A stretch of 64,000 bases of DNA from Anaerolineae bacterium (lineage in GTDB: Bacteria > Chloroflexota > Anaerolineae > UBA1429): contig OY776562.1 in NCBI GenBank assembly GCA_963675785.1, positions 3,040,001 to 3,104,000 of the forward strand. The letters are read 5' to 3'. Positions 19,798 to 29,547 of this stretch are shown here, piece after piece. Within the stretch, counting starts at the first letter, position 1; each line of letters begins with the position of its first letter. A model generated the notes under the pieces. That model did no database searches and was not told the DNA's origin. It saw nothing but the letters and a program-made list of their open reading frames with translations. Both the position numbers and the translations under genes were made by a program.

Positions 19798-20487
19798 TTA
19801 GATGAGATTGACCACGATGTCATTTCCGCTCAAACCCGGATAAGCTTTGGCCTCAGTCAGGGCCTCATCATCTGGATGCGCCAGCAGCCACTTGTTCACG
19901 GCGAATAGCAATTGCGCTTCACCTTGCTTGGCAGGAGAAAAGGATAGTTCTGTATTGGTTCCCTTGGGCAAGTACACCAGGGAAATGAATTCTTCGCTGC
20001 TGGTGATCTGGATAGGCGCATAGTGCAGATTCCATGCAGGAAGTTCGACTACCGTGCCAGCAGGCGCGTAAAAGGCTTTGACCTGCGCCGTGTCGTAAGA
20101 GATGGTTTCTCCCCAAATGATATCTTGAACATGCCCGACTAGCAGTACCATATCGGTGATACAGACGTTGACCTCGTTGCCTTTGTGGTATTCAAGAGCG
20201 CCTAGACGGTTGTTTTTGCCATAACACCAACCCACCTGTATGGGCATACCGCCGTAAATCTGTTCGATCATGGCCTGATTAAAGGCACACGGTGCCTCCA
20301 GTAGAGAGACGGAGGGCTCGTATTCTGTAGCCTGTGAACCAGGACATGTTGCCAGAGACCGCTGGATCATCTCTGCTGGGTCGAACCCATTTAGCAATTG
20401 GCCATAGCGTTCAAACGAAATATCCGTTATCGGCAGAATGTTCAGCTCTGGGTTGGCCTTTTGCAAAAGCGCCAGTCTATCGCTCAT
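19798..20487 (-). CDS. DUF4867 family protein
   Basis: YGGMPIQVGWCYG.N..LGALEYHKGNEVN...LHYAP...LPKGTN...NKWLLAH. Confidence 0.8.
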   Translation of the reverse strand: MSDRLALLQKANPELNILPITDISFERYGQLLNGFDPAEMIQRSLATCPGSQATEYEPSVSLLEAPCAFNQAMIEQIYGGMPIQVGWCYGKNNRLGALEYHKGNEVNVCITDMVLLVGHVQDIIWGETISYDTAQVKAFYAPAGTVVELPAWNLHYAPIQITSSEEFISLVYLPKGTNTELSFSPAKQGEAQLLFAVNKWLLAHPDDEALTEAKAYPGLSGNDIVVNLI

Positions 20488-22741
20488 CTTGTACTCCTAG
20501 TTCTCTCGTGCTCTCTGGCACGAGAAGGATTGTGTTGCCCTTTTCAAAAGCTAGTTTAATGATACCCTCGTCTTCTTCAAGTGTGGTAATTCTGTCTCTG
20601 GCGCTGAGCGCCGCATTTTGCGGAGCAAAGGGATTCTCCAGCATCAGCGTTCCCCCACACTCGGATGTCACTTCTACCCAACGCGTAGTGCCGTTGCTGC
20701 TTTCAGCAGAGACGAGAAATGCGCCAGGGATGCGGATGCCGTCAAAGCGAACGTTATCCCAGCCCTGAGGAATTGCCGGAAAGACGCGCGTTATGCCGCC
20801 CGCGGTGTGCAGCAGCATTTCAAGCACGGCCGTTGCTGCGCCCATAGTGGCGTCCATCTGCATGATATCCGGATTATTGGCAAGAGTGGTAAAGCCCTTG
20901 AAGATGGCATCATGCGTTGTCGCCTTGCCGGGTGTGCGAAATGCACGGGACATTTCTTCCAATAATAATGCGGCCCTATCGCCGTTGTGCATGCGTGCCC
21001 AGAGGATGCTGGCCCACGGTAGGCACCACCCCGACCAGTTACCCATACCCATACGCACCCAGGTGTTGAATGAGTTCTCAATCAGTTCACGATCTGTGTC
21101 GTTCCTCCAGGGATCCACCGTATCAAAAGGATACAATGAGGCGAGATGGGAGTGATGTCGATGGCTCATGGCCAGCGGCTGATCATCCCAGAGTTGCAGC
21201 TCGGGACCGTGCTCACCCGTTAGAATGCTACCAGTGGGTAGACCCTGGTCTATGGCTTTCCATCGTGAGGTGTCCACATCCAGTTTGAGTACTTTGACAG
21301 CCTGAATAAGCGCACGACACAGGCAGTGAATGATAGCCAATTGAAAGCTGGCATTGGCGCCCCAGGCCCACATGGCTGCACCGCCGTATTCGGGAGAGAC
21401 ACTGATAGGCAGGTAATATCGACCCTCTTTCTCTTTCAGCATGACCTCGTAAACGCGCATAGCGCCATACATAAAGGGATAGGCCAGGCGTTTGAGAAAA
21501 GAGGTATCGCCCGTGTACTGATAGTACATCCACATCATCTGGGCCATCCAGCTTGTTGAACCATGATCGATGCTGCCGGTCCAAAAGCCGCCCATGCAAG
21601 TACAACGATCATCGACAGCATGGGGCAGCATGAGGCCATCCTCGATGTCATACACGCGACGGGCGTTTTCATGCAGACGCGGCATCCATGTCTCCAGCAT
21701 CTCCCAAAGAGGTTGCAGTGTCTCTAGATGGTTTCCACCAAAGGCTGGCCAATAACATTCTTGCACGTTGATGTTAAAGTGATAATCGGCGCTCCAGGGC
21801 GGCATGCGGTATTCTTCGATCCAAGGACCTTGCAGGCAAGCTGGGGGTGTACCTGGTAACGACATACCGGCCAGCTTGTAGAGCCCAAGATCATATAGTT
21901 CCTGCAAGGTATTGTCGGGTATGCTAACCTTCGCGGCCTGTTGCCAGTAGTTACGCCACCAAGTGGCTTCGCCGTCAGCTAGTGCCGCATAGCCGAGGCG
22001 TTTAGCATTGGTCAGGGTTTCTTTGGCCAGGGTCCATGCTTGCTCTCTCGTCTCACCACGCTCTGCGACGAGATAGATTTCAATGCCATTGTTGTGATGA
22101 CCACAATACCAGCGGACGGCTAGTGCTGGATCGGCTGGCAGGGGTTGAACCCATCCACCCGAATCACCCTCGTCGAGCGACTTTGGTATCTCTAAACCGT
22201 AGGCTTGCCAGTGATCGAGAACTTCAGGGGTATTAGGCGGTGCCGAAGTGAGCACAAGGTTTTCGATTGACAATCCTTCGATACGCAAGGCCAGCAGCGC
22301 CTGCCCACGAGGCATAATAGCTCTGACGACGATAGGACGGGCACTATTGAGGCGAATTACTGCCTCTCCAGTGGAAAGGGATAGACAGCCATCCTCGATC
22401 TCGCCGAGCTGGAACGAAAAATCGAGACGCCCCATAGGCAAATGAGTTGGCCTATTCGGCTGACCTAGTGGAGGTGTTATACCCTCAAATGCCCCACGTA
22501 ATGAAGCTTCGTCTTCGGCGCGGAGCCATTGGCAGAGGTTCTCGTAGGTTGTTTCTTTGCCAAATTCGATGCCGCCGCGGTGGTCCCAGTAATCCTGGCG
22601 GTTTATGGTAATATGTAGGGCATGATTTTGTCCCCATAAAAGTGCACCGAAAAGACCGTTTCCTAAAGGAATGCCATCATGTGTTGAATTTGCCGGAAAG
22701 TGCCACCCGATGGATTTTGGGAACGTATTACATGAAAGCAT
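20477..22741 (-). CDS. GH95-like glycoside hydrolase (alpha-L-fucosidase family), cytoplasmic
   Basis: PLGNG.FGA, DYHFNINVQECYW, SPE, HRHHSHL, QMDA, RVFPAIP.W motifs. Confidence 0.8.
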   Translation of the reverse strand: MLSCNTFPKSIGWHFPANSTHDGIPLGNGLFGALLWGQNHALHITINRQDYWDHRGGIEFGKETTYENLCQWLRAEDEASLRGAFEGITPPLGQPNRPTHLPMGRLDFSFQLGEIEDGCLSLSTGEAVIRLNSARPIVVRAIMPRGQALLALRIEGLSIENLVLTSAPPNTPEVLDHWQAYGLEIPKSLDEGDSGGWVQPLPADPALAVRWYCGHHNNGIEIYLVAERGETREQAWTLAKETLTNAKRLGYAALADGEATWWRNYWQQAAKVSIPDNTLQELYDLGLYKLAGMSLPGTPPACLQGPWIEEYRMPPWSADYHFNINVQECYWPAFGGNHLETLQPLWEMLETWMPRLHENARRVYDIEDGLMLPHAVDDRCTCMGGFWTGSIDHGSTSWMAQMMWMYYQYTGDTSFLKRLAYPFMYGAMRVYEVMLKEKEGRYYLPISVSPEYGGAAMWAWGANASFQLAIIHCLCRALIQAVKVLKLDVDTSRWKAIDQGLPTGSILTGEHGPELQLWDDQPLAMSHRHHSHLASLYPFDTVDPWRNDTDRELIENSFNTWVRMGMGNWSGWCLPWASILWARMHNGDRAALLLEEMSRAFRTPGKATTHDAIFKGFTTLANNPDIMQMDATMGAATAVLEMLLHTAGGITRVFPAIPQGWDNVRFDGIRIPGAFLVSAESSNGTTRWVEVTSECGGTLMLENPFAPQNAALSARDRITTLEEDEGIIKLAFEKGNTILLVPESTRELGVQDER

Positions 22742-22881
22742 TCATTAACTCCTACTGAATGGATACTTGTCGCATTCTAGTCAACCGAATCTAATCTGAC
22801 AATCAGTACCTGGTTCGACAGTCTACAGGCTCTGTCTATAATTAGTACTTGTAGGCACGAACTAGACTGTAAAGGAGATCC

Positions 22882-25800
22882 GTGTCTGATCATTCTGTGT
22901 ATGACGATGTTCTGATTCGCCCTCTCGATATCGAGCGTGATGCTGAGGGGCTTGCTGAGATGTGGATGGCCAGTGAACTTGCCTGGCCGGATGGCGCAAA
23001 CCGAGGTATTCCTGTAACGCCCGAATTGGCTGCTGAATGGGAAGCTGAGAGGCGTCTTCTCATTGCCTATGTCGCCGAGATTGATGGCAAAGTGGTGGGC
23101 TATTGCAGCTTTCAAAAGGGAGAAGATGAGAAAGAGGGCGAACCCTATCTTGGCCTTTTGAACGTTCATCCCGGATATCACGGACATAGCATTGGTCGCA
23201 AGTTGGTACAAACAACCATTGAGCGTTCTGTGGCCGAAGGCTGGAAGTATCAAACACTGCATACTTGGTCGGCAAATTTCAAGGCAGTGCCGGCTTATAA
23301 AAAGACCGGGCATTTTTGGGCACCCGATTCCTCGGTTCTCATGGAGAACTTTGTTCCCGGCGCGCTCCAACTCTCACTGGCAGAACCTTTTTTCGACCGA
23401 CATGATTGGTATCGCTGCTATGCGCGTGAAATCAAGCAGGGTTGGGATGATGAGAGCTGGCAGGGCCTTGCCGTCTATACCTACCGCTGGGAGGCAGAGG
23501 GTGAGACGTTGACTCTTCGCTATGACCGCGAGTCGCGAGGCCTGGTCTCTGTGGAGACCGATGATCTGGGGCTTTCAGCGGTAGTGGATACACGCGAACC
23601 GCTGACCGGTTCGAGCTGCAAGATGATCTGGCAGGCCATCAATAAGGGGCAGTCTTCTGTGAGCATCTCGCTGCGCGCAACTGCCGATAAGGGATTGACT
23701 CTCGATTATGCGATGATGTTTGTACTAGCAGCAGGTGAATCTCGTACGCTAGAGACCAAGGTCAAAGTGGCTGATGATGCCTCTGCCGAGACTGATCGTG
23801 GAACGGCACCCTCTGTGCTGACGGATTGGCTCGTAGACGGGAATCGCGTCGAGATGAAGACTGGCTGCAAGCCCAAAAAGCCGGTGGTGTTGAGCATCTA
23901 TCCCGATACGCTGAGTCTGGTTCCTGGCAGAGCGCTGGATGCCAATATCGAATTGCACAGTGAGCTCCATGAGGCGGCTCAGGTGACGGTTCGACTTTTT
24001 TGCCAGGAGGGTCTGACGGCCGATTGGTGTGAGCGCGTTGTCATACTGCCGCTCGAAGGTCATATCGCCCTGCCCATCAGACTGTGTGCCTGTAAGGAGG
24101 GCGTTTTTAATCTTGATGTCCGTCTGGAAGGGGCGCCACAGCCTATCAATGAAACGTTTCAGGTGTTCAGTGTGGCAGCGGGCGGACTGGTTTTTGATCA
24201 GAGCGCCAAAGAAGCTCGCATCGAGACGGACCGTATTCGCATCAAGGTGGCTTCTAAACGAGGTGATATCAGCGTATTGGACAAGGCCAGTGGTGTAAGG
24301 CTGTCCAAGCTCTCGCTCACCGCTGCGCCGCCCTTTTCCCCATTAGAGTTCAAGACAGTCTCGCTGGAAAGCGCTTTATCAGGTTCCCGCGTTCGGGTTT
24401 CGATGAGGGGTGAGGCAGCTCATTATGAGGGACTCGTGCTCAACGCCCTGGTCGAGGTTGCAGCGACCGGATTGGGCACCATACATGCCCATATAGAGAA
24501 TCAGGGCGCAATAGTTTACGATACGGGTCTGGCGCTGATAGTGGAACCGGGTAATCGTGATAGATTGCGTATGGCTCATCCGGGGAACTCTATGAGCGTT
24601 TTGGAATCGGCCAGTCACTATCCCTCCGGTTCAACCGATGAATTGCGCGATCCAGCCGACTATCGTGAACCCTGGCTCTCTTGGGATCGCGGCGATACAA
24701 AGGGTGGGCGTTTGGCTGCTGGCGTGGCCTGGGATGATTCACTAGAGCGTCTCACCAACGAGTGGCGAATTGTGTTCAAAAACAAGGGCGGGAAACTAAA
24801 CCCGGGTGAAAAAAGCGATACGGTGGCGTATGCTTTTTGTGGTACTTGCGGATCCTGGCAGGTCGCTGCGGATTTGCTGCGAGGCTGGACAGGCTCAGTC
24901 GCAGAAAAGCCTTTTGGTCCGTCTATAGCGGTTTTGCCCGAATCCAAAGTTATTTTGACATTGGCTAACCGGATAAAAACCGCGCTGACAGTTTCTTCGG
25001 TGCGGCGGCTACCTTTGGAGGGACGGCTTGCCTTGACCGCGGATAAAGGACTTGCGGTTTCACCCGACGCATTTTCGCTCACAAATGTGGTTCGGGGTAA
25101 TGATGTTCGTTGCGAGACAGAAATCGAACTGGGCGCCGCCAAGCAAAGCGTGTACGGTTTGAATGCGCGGCTCGAACTTCCAACGGAGGAACATGACTAC
25201 CCGTTCTCGGTCGTGCGTGCGGGCTCTCATCATGTGGTTGAAGTGACTCGAACCGAATGTGAGGGTCAATCGGTTTGGCATATCGACAATGGTGCAGACC
25301 GCTTTGCCATTGCACCCAGTTTTGGGCCTTCGCTAACGAGCTGGATTCATGCCGATGGGGAGATGCTGGCTAGTCCATTCCCGCAGCCTGAAGGCTTTGC
25401 CTGGTTATATCCTTCTTTTGGCGGCCTTCATCCACTGTTGTTACCGGATTCTACCAATTGCTGGGAAGGTTATCTACATTCAGAAAAGATATCTACACAA
25501 GAGCTGGAAACAAACTGGGCTGGCTTGGATTGGCGTGGTGTGCGGTTGACCAGCATGCCCGAACATAAGGATCTCAAAGGCGTGTGTGTAGAGCTTGACT
25601 ATACTACGGTGGGCGAGAGCTCGATACTGCGAGTCGTCTATAGATTGATCAATCAACGGAACACAACAAGCAAGAAGATGGTTGTTGGTCACACTGCCAA
25701 GTTTACGCTTGGTGATGATTGTCGAGCTTTGGTAGGGCGCACCCCGGATACTACTCGGCACCCGACAAATGGTGCGAGCTTTATCATGGGTCAGCCCTGG

Positions 25801-26028
25801 GCCATGGTTGCGCATCCCCGCACAGGGACATCGGCTATGCTGGTTTCTTTGAACGATGATGCTGTTCTTGCTGATTATGGTCAAAATGGGCGGCTGTTGA
25901 GCACAGAATCTGAGGTTCGGCTTGCGGGTGGGCAGACAATTGAGTTTACTAGTTTTTACATCCTTGCGCCCAGCTCGGAGGATGTTTTAAAGTATCGTAT
26001 CCTGAGAGACATTGGCGCGGTCTCTTGA
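22882..26028 (+). CDS. Large (1048 aa) protein: N-terminal GNAT acetyltransferase + unknown beta-rich domains
   Basis: LLNVHPGYHGHSIGRKL (AcCoA motif A), NFKAVPAYKKTG; GTG start after AAAGGAG. Confidence 0.8.
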   Translation: MSDHSVYDDVLIRPLDIERDAEGLAEMWMASELAWPDGANRGIPVTPELAAEWEAERRLLIAYVAEIDGKVVGYCSFQKGEDEKEGEPYLGLLNVHPGYHGHSIGRKLVQTTIERSVAEGWKYQTLHTWSANFKAVPAYKKTGHFWAPDSSVLMENFVPGALQLSLAEPFFDRHDWYRCYAREIKQGWDDESWQGLAVYTYRWEAEGETLTLRYDRESRGLVSVETDDLGLSAVVDTREPLTGSSCKMIWQAINKGQSSVSISLRATADKGLTLDYAMMFVLAAGESRTLETKVKVADDASAETDRGTAPSVLTDWLVDGNRVEMKTGCKPKKPVVLSIYPDTLSLVPGRALDANIELHSELHEAAQVTVRLFCQEGLTADWCERVVILPLEGHIALPIRLCACKEGVFNLDVRLEGAPQPINETFQVFSVAAGGLVFDQSAKEARIETDRIRIKVASKRGDISVLDKASGVRLSKLSLTAAPPFSPLEFKTVSLESALSGSRVRVSMRGEAAHYEGLVLNALVEVAATGLGTIHAHIENQGAIVYDTGLALIVEPGNRDRLRMAHPGNSMSVLESASHYPSGSTDELRDPADYREPWLSWDRGDTKGGRLAAGVAWDDSLERLTNEWRIVFKNKGGKLNPGEKSDTVAYAFCGTCGSWQVAADLLRGWTGSVAEKPFGPSIAVLPESKVILTLANRIKTALTVSSVRRLPLEGRLALTADKGLAVSPDAFSLTNVVRGNDVRCETEIELGAAKQSVYGLNARLELPTEEHDYPFSVVRAGSHHVVEVTRTECEGQSVWHIDNGADRFAIAPSFGPSLTSWIHADGEMLASPFPQPEGFAWLYPSFGGLHPLLLPDSTNCWEGYLHSEKISTQELETNWAGLDWRGVRLTSMPEHKDLKGVCVELDYTTVGESSILRVVYRLINQRNTTSKKMVVGHTAKFTLGDDCRALVGRTPDTTRHPTNGASFIMGQPWAMVAHPRTGTSAMLVSLNDDAVLADYGQNGRLLSTESEVRLAGGQTIEFTSFYILAPSSEDVLKYRILRDIGAVS

Positions 26029-26077
26029 CGCAATGAAGCGGCGGAGTAATTCGGTTTGATGTATTGGGGAGAATAAC

Positions 26078-27151
26078 ATGAATCTGCGTATTCCAGGTCC
26101 CACGCCGTTGCCGCCTGACACACTGGAGGCTGTTGGCCGCCAGATGATCAACCATCGGGGTGTCGCTTTCTCTGATATGTTCAAGGAGATCACGGCTGGT
26201 CTCAAAACGATCTATGAGACCGAGAACGATCTCTTTGTGCTCACTTCATCGGGCACAGGAGGTATGGAAGCGGCTATCGCCAATACTCTTTCCCCTGGCG
26301 ATCGCGTTTTGGCAGTGCCTATGGGTGTATTTGGCGAGCGCTTTGCCAAAATCGCGCAAGCCTACTATGCCGACGTGGTCAGGCTCAAGGTGCCCATGGG
26401 GCAAGTCGCTGATCCCGACGAGGTTGCCAAGGTCATCCGCGAACAGGGGCCCTTTAAGGCCGTGTTGCTCACTCAGAACGAGACATCGTCGGCTGTTACT
26501 AACGATGTCGAGGCTTTGGCTAGGGCGATCTATGCGGCTGCCGATCCAGCGCCCCTGATCTTGGTGGATGGCATCAGTGGTATGGGGGCTATTCGCCTTC
26601 AAACCGATGCTTGGGGCATTGATGTGGCCATTAGCGGTTCGCAAAAGGCTTGGATGGCGCCTCCAGGATTGGCCTTTGTGAGTTTTTCTGAGCGCGCCTG
26701 GAAGGCTTATGAGACAGCCAAGAATCCCCGTTTCTACTTTGATCTGGGCGATGCCAAAAAGTATGCAGCAAGTGGGCAGACTCCATCAACCCCTAATGTT
26801 GCGGCGCTGTTCGGTCTACAGGTTAGCCTGAGATATATGGTTGGAGAGGGCGTTGAAAAATTGGCTGCATATCACCAGCAGATAGGTGATTATTGCAGGC
26901 AGAGCATGCTTGATTTAGGCTTAAAACTCTATGGCGATCCTGCGCATCGTTCCAATACGGTGACGGCCGTTGTGATTGAGGATCGGCCTGCGAAAGAAGT
27001 GCTCAAAAAACTCGTTTCAGAGTATGATATTCATTGTGGCGGTTCCAAGGACCCATCAGTCGAGATGGTTCGCATTGGCCACATGGGTTATGTATCTGAG
27101 GCCGATCTTGACGAGGTCTCAAAGGCTTTGGCCGAGATACTCGGCATCTAG
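26078..27151 (+). CDS. Class V PLP aminotransferase (alanine-glyoxylate/serine-pyruvate family)
   Basis: IPGPTP, SSGTGGME, NETS, VDGIS, SGSQKAW.APPG, RIGHMG. Confidence 0.92.
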   Translation: MNLRIPGPTPLPPDTLEAVGRQMINHRGVAFSDMFKEITAGLKTIYETENDLFVLTSSGTGGMEAAIANTLSPGDRVLAVPMGVFGERFAKIAQAYYADVVRLKVPMGQVADPDEVAKVIREQGPFKAVLLTQNETSSAVTNDVEALARAIYAAADPAPLILVDGISGMGAIRLQTDAWGIDVAISGSQKAWMAPPGLAFVSFSERAWKAYETAKNPRFYFDLGDAKKYAASGQTPSTPNVAALFGLQVSLRYMVGEGVEKLAAYHQQIGDYCRQSMLDLGLKLYGDPAHRSNTVTAVVIEDRPAKEVLKKLVSEYDIHCGGSKDPSVEMVRIGHMGYVSEADLDEVSKALAEILGI

Positions 27152-27160
27152 TATTCTACC

Positions 27161-27203
27161 AGAGACTCGGGGACCGGCGGTGCCCAGTCCTCGAGTTTCT
27201 TTT
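27161..27203 (+). terminator. Putative intrinsic terminator
   Basis: GAGACTCGGGGAC...GTCCTCGAGTTTC followed by T-run. Confidence 0.55.
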
Positions 27204-27217
27204 ATTCGGAGATCCCC

Positions 27218-28846
27218 TTGGATAAAGATCCGCTTCTTCAGGACTTGCCAGAGAGCACAGCGCCCCAGACAGAAGCTGACAACACTGCCGGGCAAGTGCA
27301 GAATGTTTCTCTGGTGCGTTCGGCTGGCATCAACTCAATCGGTAATGTCCTCAGTCGGATCATCGGCATGCTCCGCGAGTCGCTCATCACCTACCGATTT
27401 GGGGCCAGTGGCTATACCAGCGCCTATGTGGCTGTCAGCCGTGTACCCAAAATGGTGTATGAGCTGCTCATTGGCGGTATGCTCAGTGCGGCTCTTGTAC
27501 CGGTGCTTTCTGAATATGCGGGTGATGATCGCAAAGAAGAGATGGATGAGATTCTCTCGACCGTTCTCACTTTGGCCGGGATCGTACTTTTCATCGTGGT
27601 GGTTTTGCTCGAACTCTCTTCACGTTTAGTTGCTTCTCTTCTTTTGGAATTCGATACTGAACTGCTGAATGTCGCTGTCACTCTGACACGCATCATCGTC
27701 CCCTCTATTTTCATTTACGGCATCTCGGGTATTTTGCAAGCCTTTCACTATGCCCGCCAGAAATTTGTCTATCCCTCCCTGGGCGCCCCCGCTCATAATC
27801 TGGGCATGGTGTTGAGCATTGTGCTTTTTGCTGGGCAATTCGGTATCAATACATTGGCAGTAGGCACGGTAGTTGCGGCACTATCTCAATTGGTGGTGCA
27901 ACTGCCTGGGCTCAAGGGGTTCCACTATCGCTTTTCACTAAACTGGCGACATCCGGCGATTTTGCGCATCCTACACCTTTATGGGCCGGTGATCGTTAGC
28001 ACTCTGGTTTCCAACATTGGCACAATTATTGACGCCAACTTGGCCTCCCGAACTGGCGAAGAAGCCATCACCTGGATGGCTAACGCTACTTTTTTGACAC
28101 AGCTTTGCGTGGGTCTGGTATCTATGGCTATTTCACTAGCCGTGCTACCGCGCCTTTCGCAAATTGATTTTGCGGTAGAGTTGGATCGCTTCAAGAGGAC
28201 ATTGGCCAGTGGATTGCGGTTGGTGCTGGCACTGATCATTCCCGCTGGCGTGGGGTTGTTGGTACTGGGTAAGCCGATTATTGAGTTGCTATTCGAACAT
28301 GGCGCTTTTGAGCCCAGCGATACGCAGCAGGCTTGGATGGCCTTGCTTTGTTATCTGCCGGGGCTGCCTTTTAGTGCCATTGACCTTCCTCTGGTCTTTT
28401 CGTTTTATTCGCAAAAAGACACCGTCACACCCGTCATCGTGGGCATTATTACGGTCGTTCTCTATGTCATTGTGGCGCCGCTTTTAGCTTTTGTAGCGGA
28501 CATTGGCTTTCTTGGCCTGGTGCTGGCCAACTCGTTACAACTCATCGCCCATGCTGTGCTGATGCTGATTTTGTTCAATCGTAGATTTGGAACGCTCAAA
28601 GGGTATGGTGTGGTGAGTACGGCTTTTCGCTCGCTAGGAGCTTCTGTACTGGTAGGGGCTTCAGCTTGGGCTGGTGTCATCATCATCGACCGACTGATGC
28701 CCACCACCAGCACATTGAGAGAGATAATATTGGTTGCAATCCCCATGGGCTTGGGTACGCTGGCCTACATGGTGGGGGCAAGGCTCTTCCGCATCCGCGA
28801 CATCAACAACTTGATGGATATGTTGCGAGCCCGTTTCTCTCGTTAG
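27218..28846 (+). CDS. murJ: Lipid II flippase MurJ (MviN)
   Basis: SRIIGMLRE, GGMLSAALVPV, LFEHGAF, FYSQKDTVTP; many TM helices. Confidence 0.92.
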   Translation: MDKDPLLQDLPESTAPQTEADNTAGQVQNVSLVRSAGINSIGNVLSRIIGMLRESLITYRFGASGYTSAYVAVSRVPKMVYELLIGGMLSAALVPVLSEYAGDDRKEEMDEILSTVLTLAGIVLFIVVVLLELSSRLVASLLLEFDTELLNVAVTLTRIIVPSIFIYGISGILQAFHYARQKFVYPSLGAPAHNLGMVLSIVLFAGQFGINTLAVGTVVAALSQLVVQLPGLKGFHYRFSLNWRHPAILRILHLYGPVIVSTLVSNIGTIIDANLASRTGEEAITWMANATFLTQLCVGLVSMAISLAVLPRLSQIDFAVELDRFKRTLASGLRLVLALIIPAGVGLLVLGKPIIELLFEHGAFEPSDTQQAWMALLCYLPGLPFSAIDLPLVFSFYSQKDTVTPVIVGIITVVLYVIVAPLLAFVADIGFLGLVLANSLQLIAHAVLMLILFNRRFGTLKGYGVVSTAFRSLGASVLVGASAWAGVIIIDRLMPTTSTLREIILVAIPMGLGTLAYMVGARLFRIRDINNLMDMLRARFSR

Positions 28847-28863
28847 ACTTGGGGCAATAGCAA

Positions 28864-29439
28864 CTAACGAGAGCCTTCCCACTTGGCCGGAATCTCTGGG
28901 GGTGTATAGGTCTCGATATAGTCGATCGCTTCAAGAGGCGTATCCTGGGTTACATAAAGCTGACGATAAACAGGGTAGGCAAAGCCTGTGTCAAAGAGGT
29001 GATCGAACATGTTAAGCAGAGGGTGGTAAAATCCGTTTGTGTTAAGCAGAACGATGGCCGAATCGATGTAGCGGAGCTGTTTGAGCGTTAAAACTTCAAA
29101 GAGTTCTTCAAGGGTGCCAAATCCGCCTGGCATGACGACAAAAGCATCCGCCCGCTCTTCCATGATGGCTTTTCTTTCAGCCATCGTTTCGGTAAGAATG
29201 AACTCATCTGCATCATCATAGGTGACATAATTCTCGGCAATGCGTCTGGGTACAACGCCAATAATGGCGCCGCCGGATTGGCGTACTGCTCTGGCCACAG
29301 TGCCCATAAGCCCGCTATCCGAGCCGCCATAGACGAGGTTGTGGCCTCTCTTGCCTATTTCCTGGCCCAGGGCCTTGGCAACCTCAAAGTATTCTTGGGC
29401 GATGTCATCGCTGGATGCACAGAAAACGCAGATATCCAA
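28864..29439 (-). CDS. LOG family nucleoside-monophosphate phosphoribohydrolase (TIGR00730)
   Basis: ICVFCASS, LVYGG, MAERK, PGGFGTLEE; TTG start after GGAGG. Confidence 0.92.
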   Translation of the reverse strand: MDICVFCASSDDIAQEYFEVAKALGQEIGKRGHNLVYGGSDSGLMGTVARAVRQSGGAIIGVVPRRIAENYVTYDDADEFILTETMAERKAIMEERADAFVVMPGGFGTLEELFEVLTLKQLRYIDSAIVLLNTNGFYHPLLNMFDHLFDTGFAYPVYRQLYVTQDTPLEAIDYIETYTPPEIPAKWEGSR

Positions 29440-29468
29440 TTTACCACCTCCACGACATGCGCTAGTGC

Positions 29469-29497
29469 TTGGCACGCTTGTGTCTGGCTAGTATAAT
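29469..29497 (+). promoter_or_regulatory. Putative sigma70 promoter
   Basis: TTGGCA-N17-TATAAT. Confidence 0.55.
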
Positions 29498-29547
29498 CCA
29501 TTTACTCGTGGGGATACAGTCCTAACACGCGTCACAGGGGGTGACAG

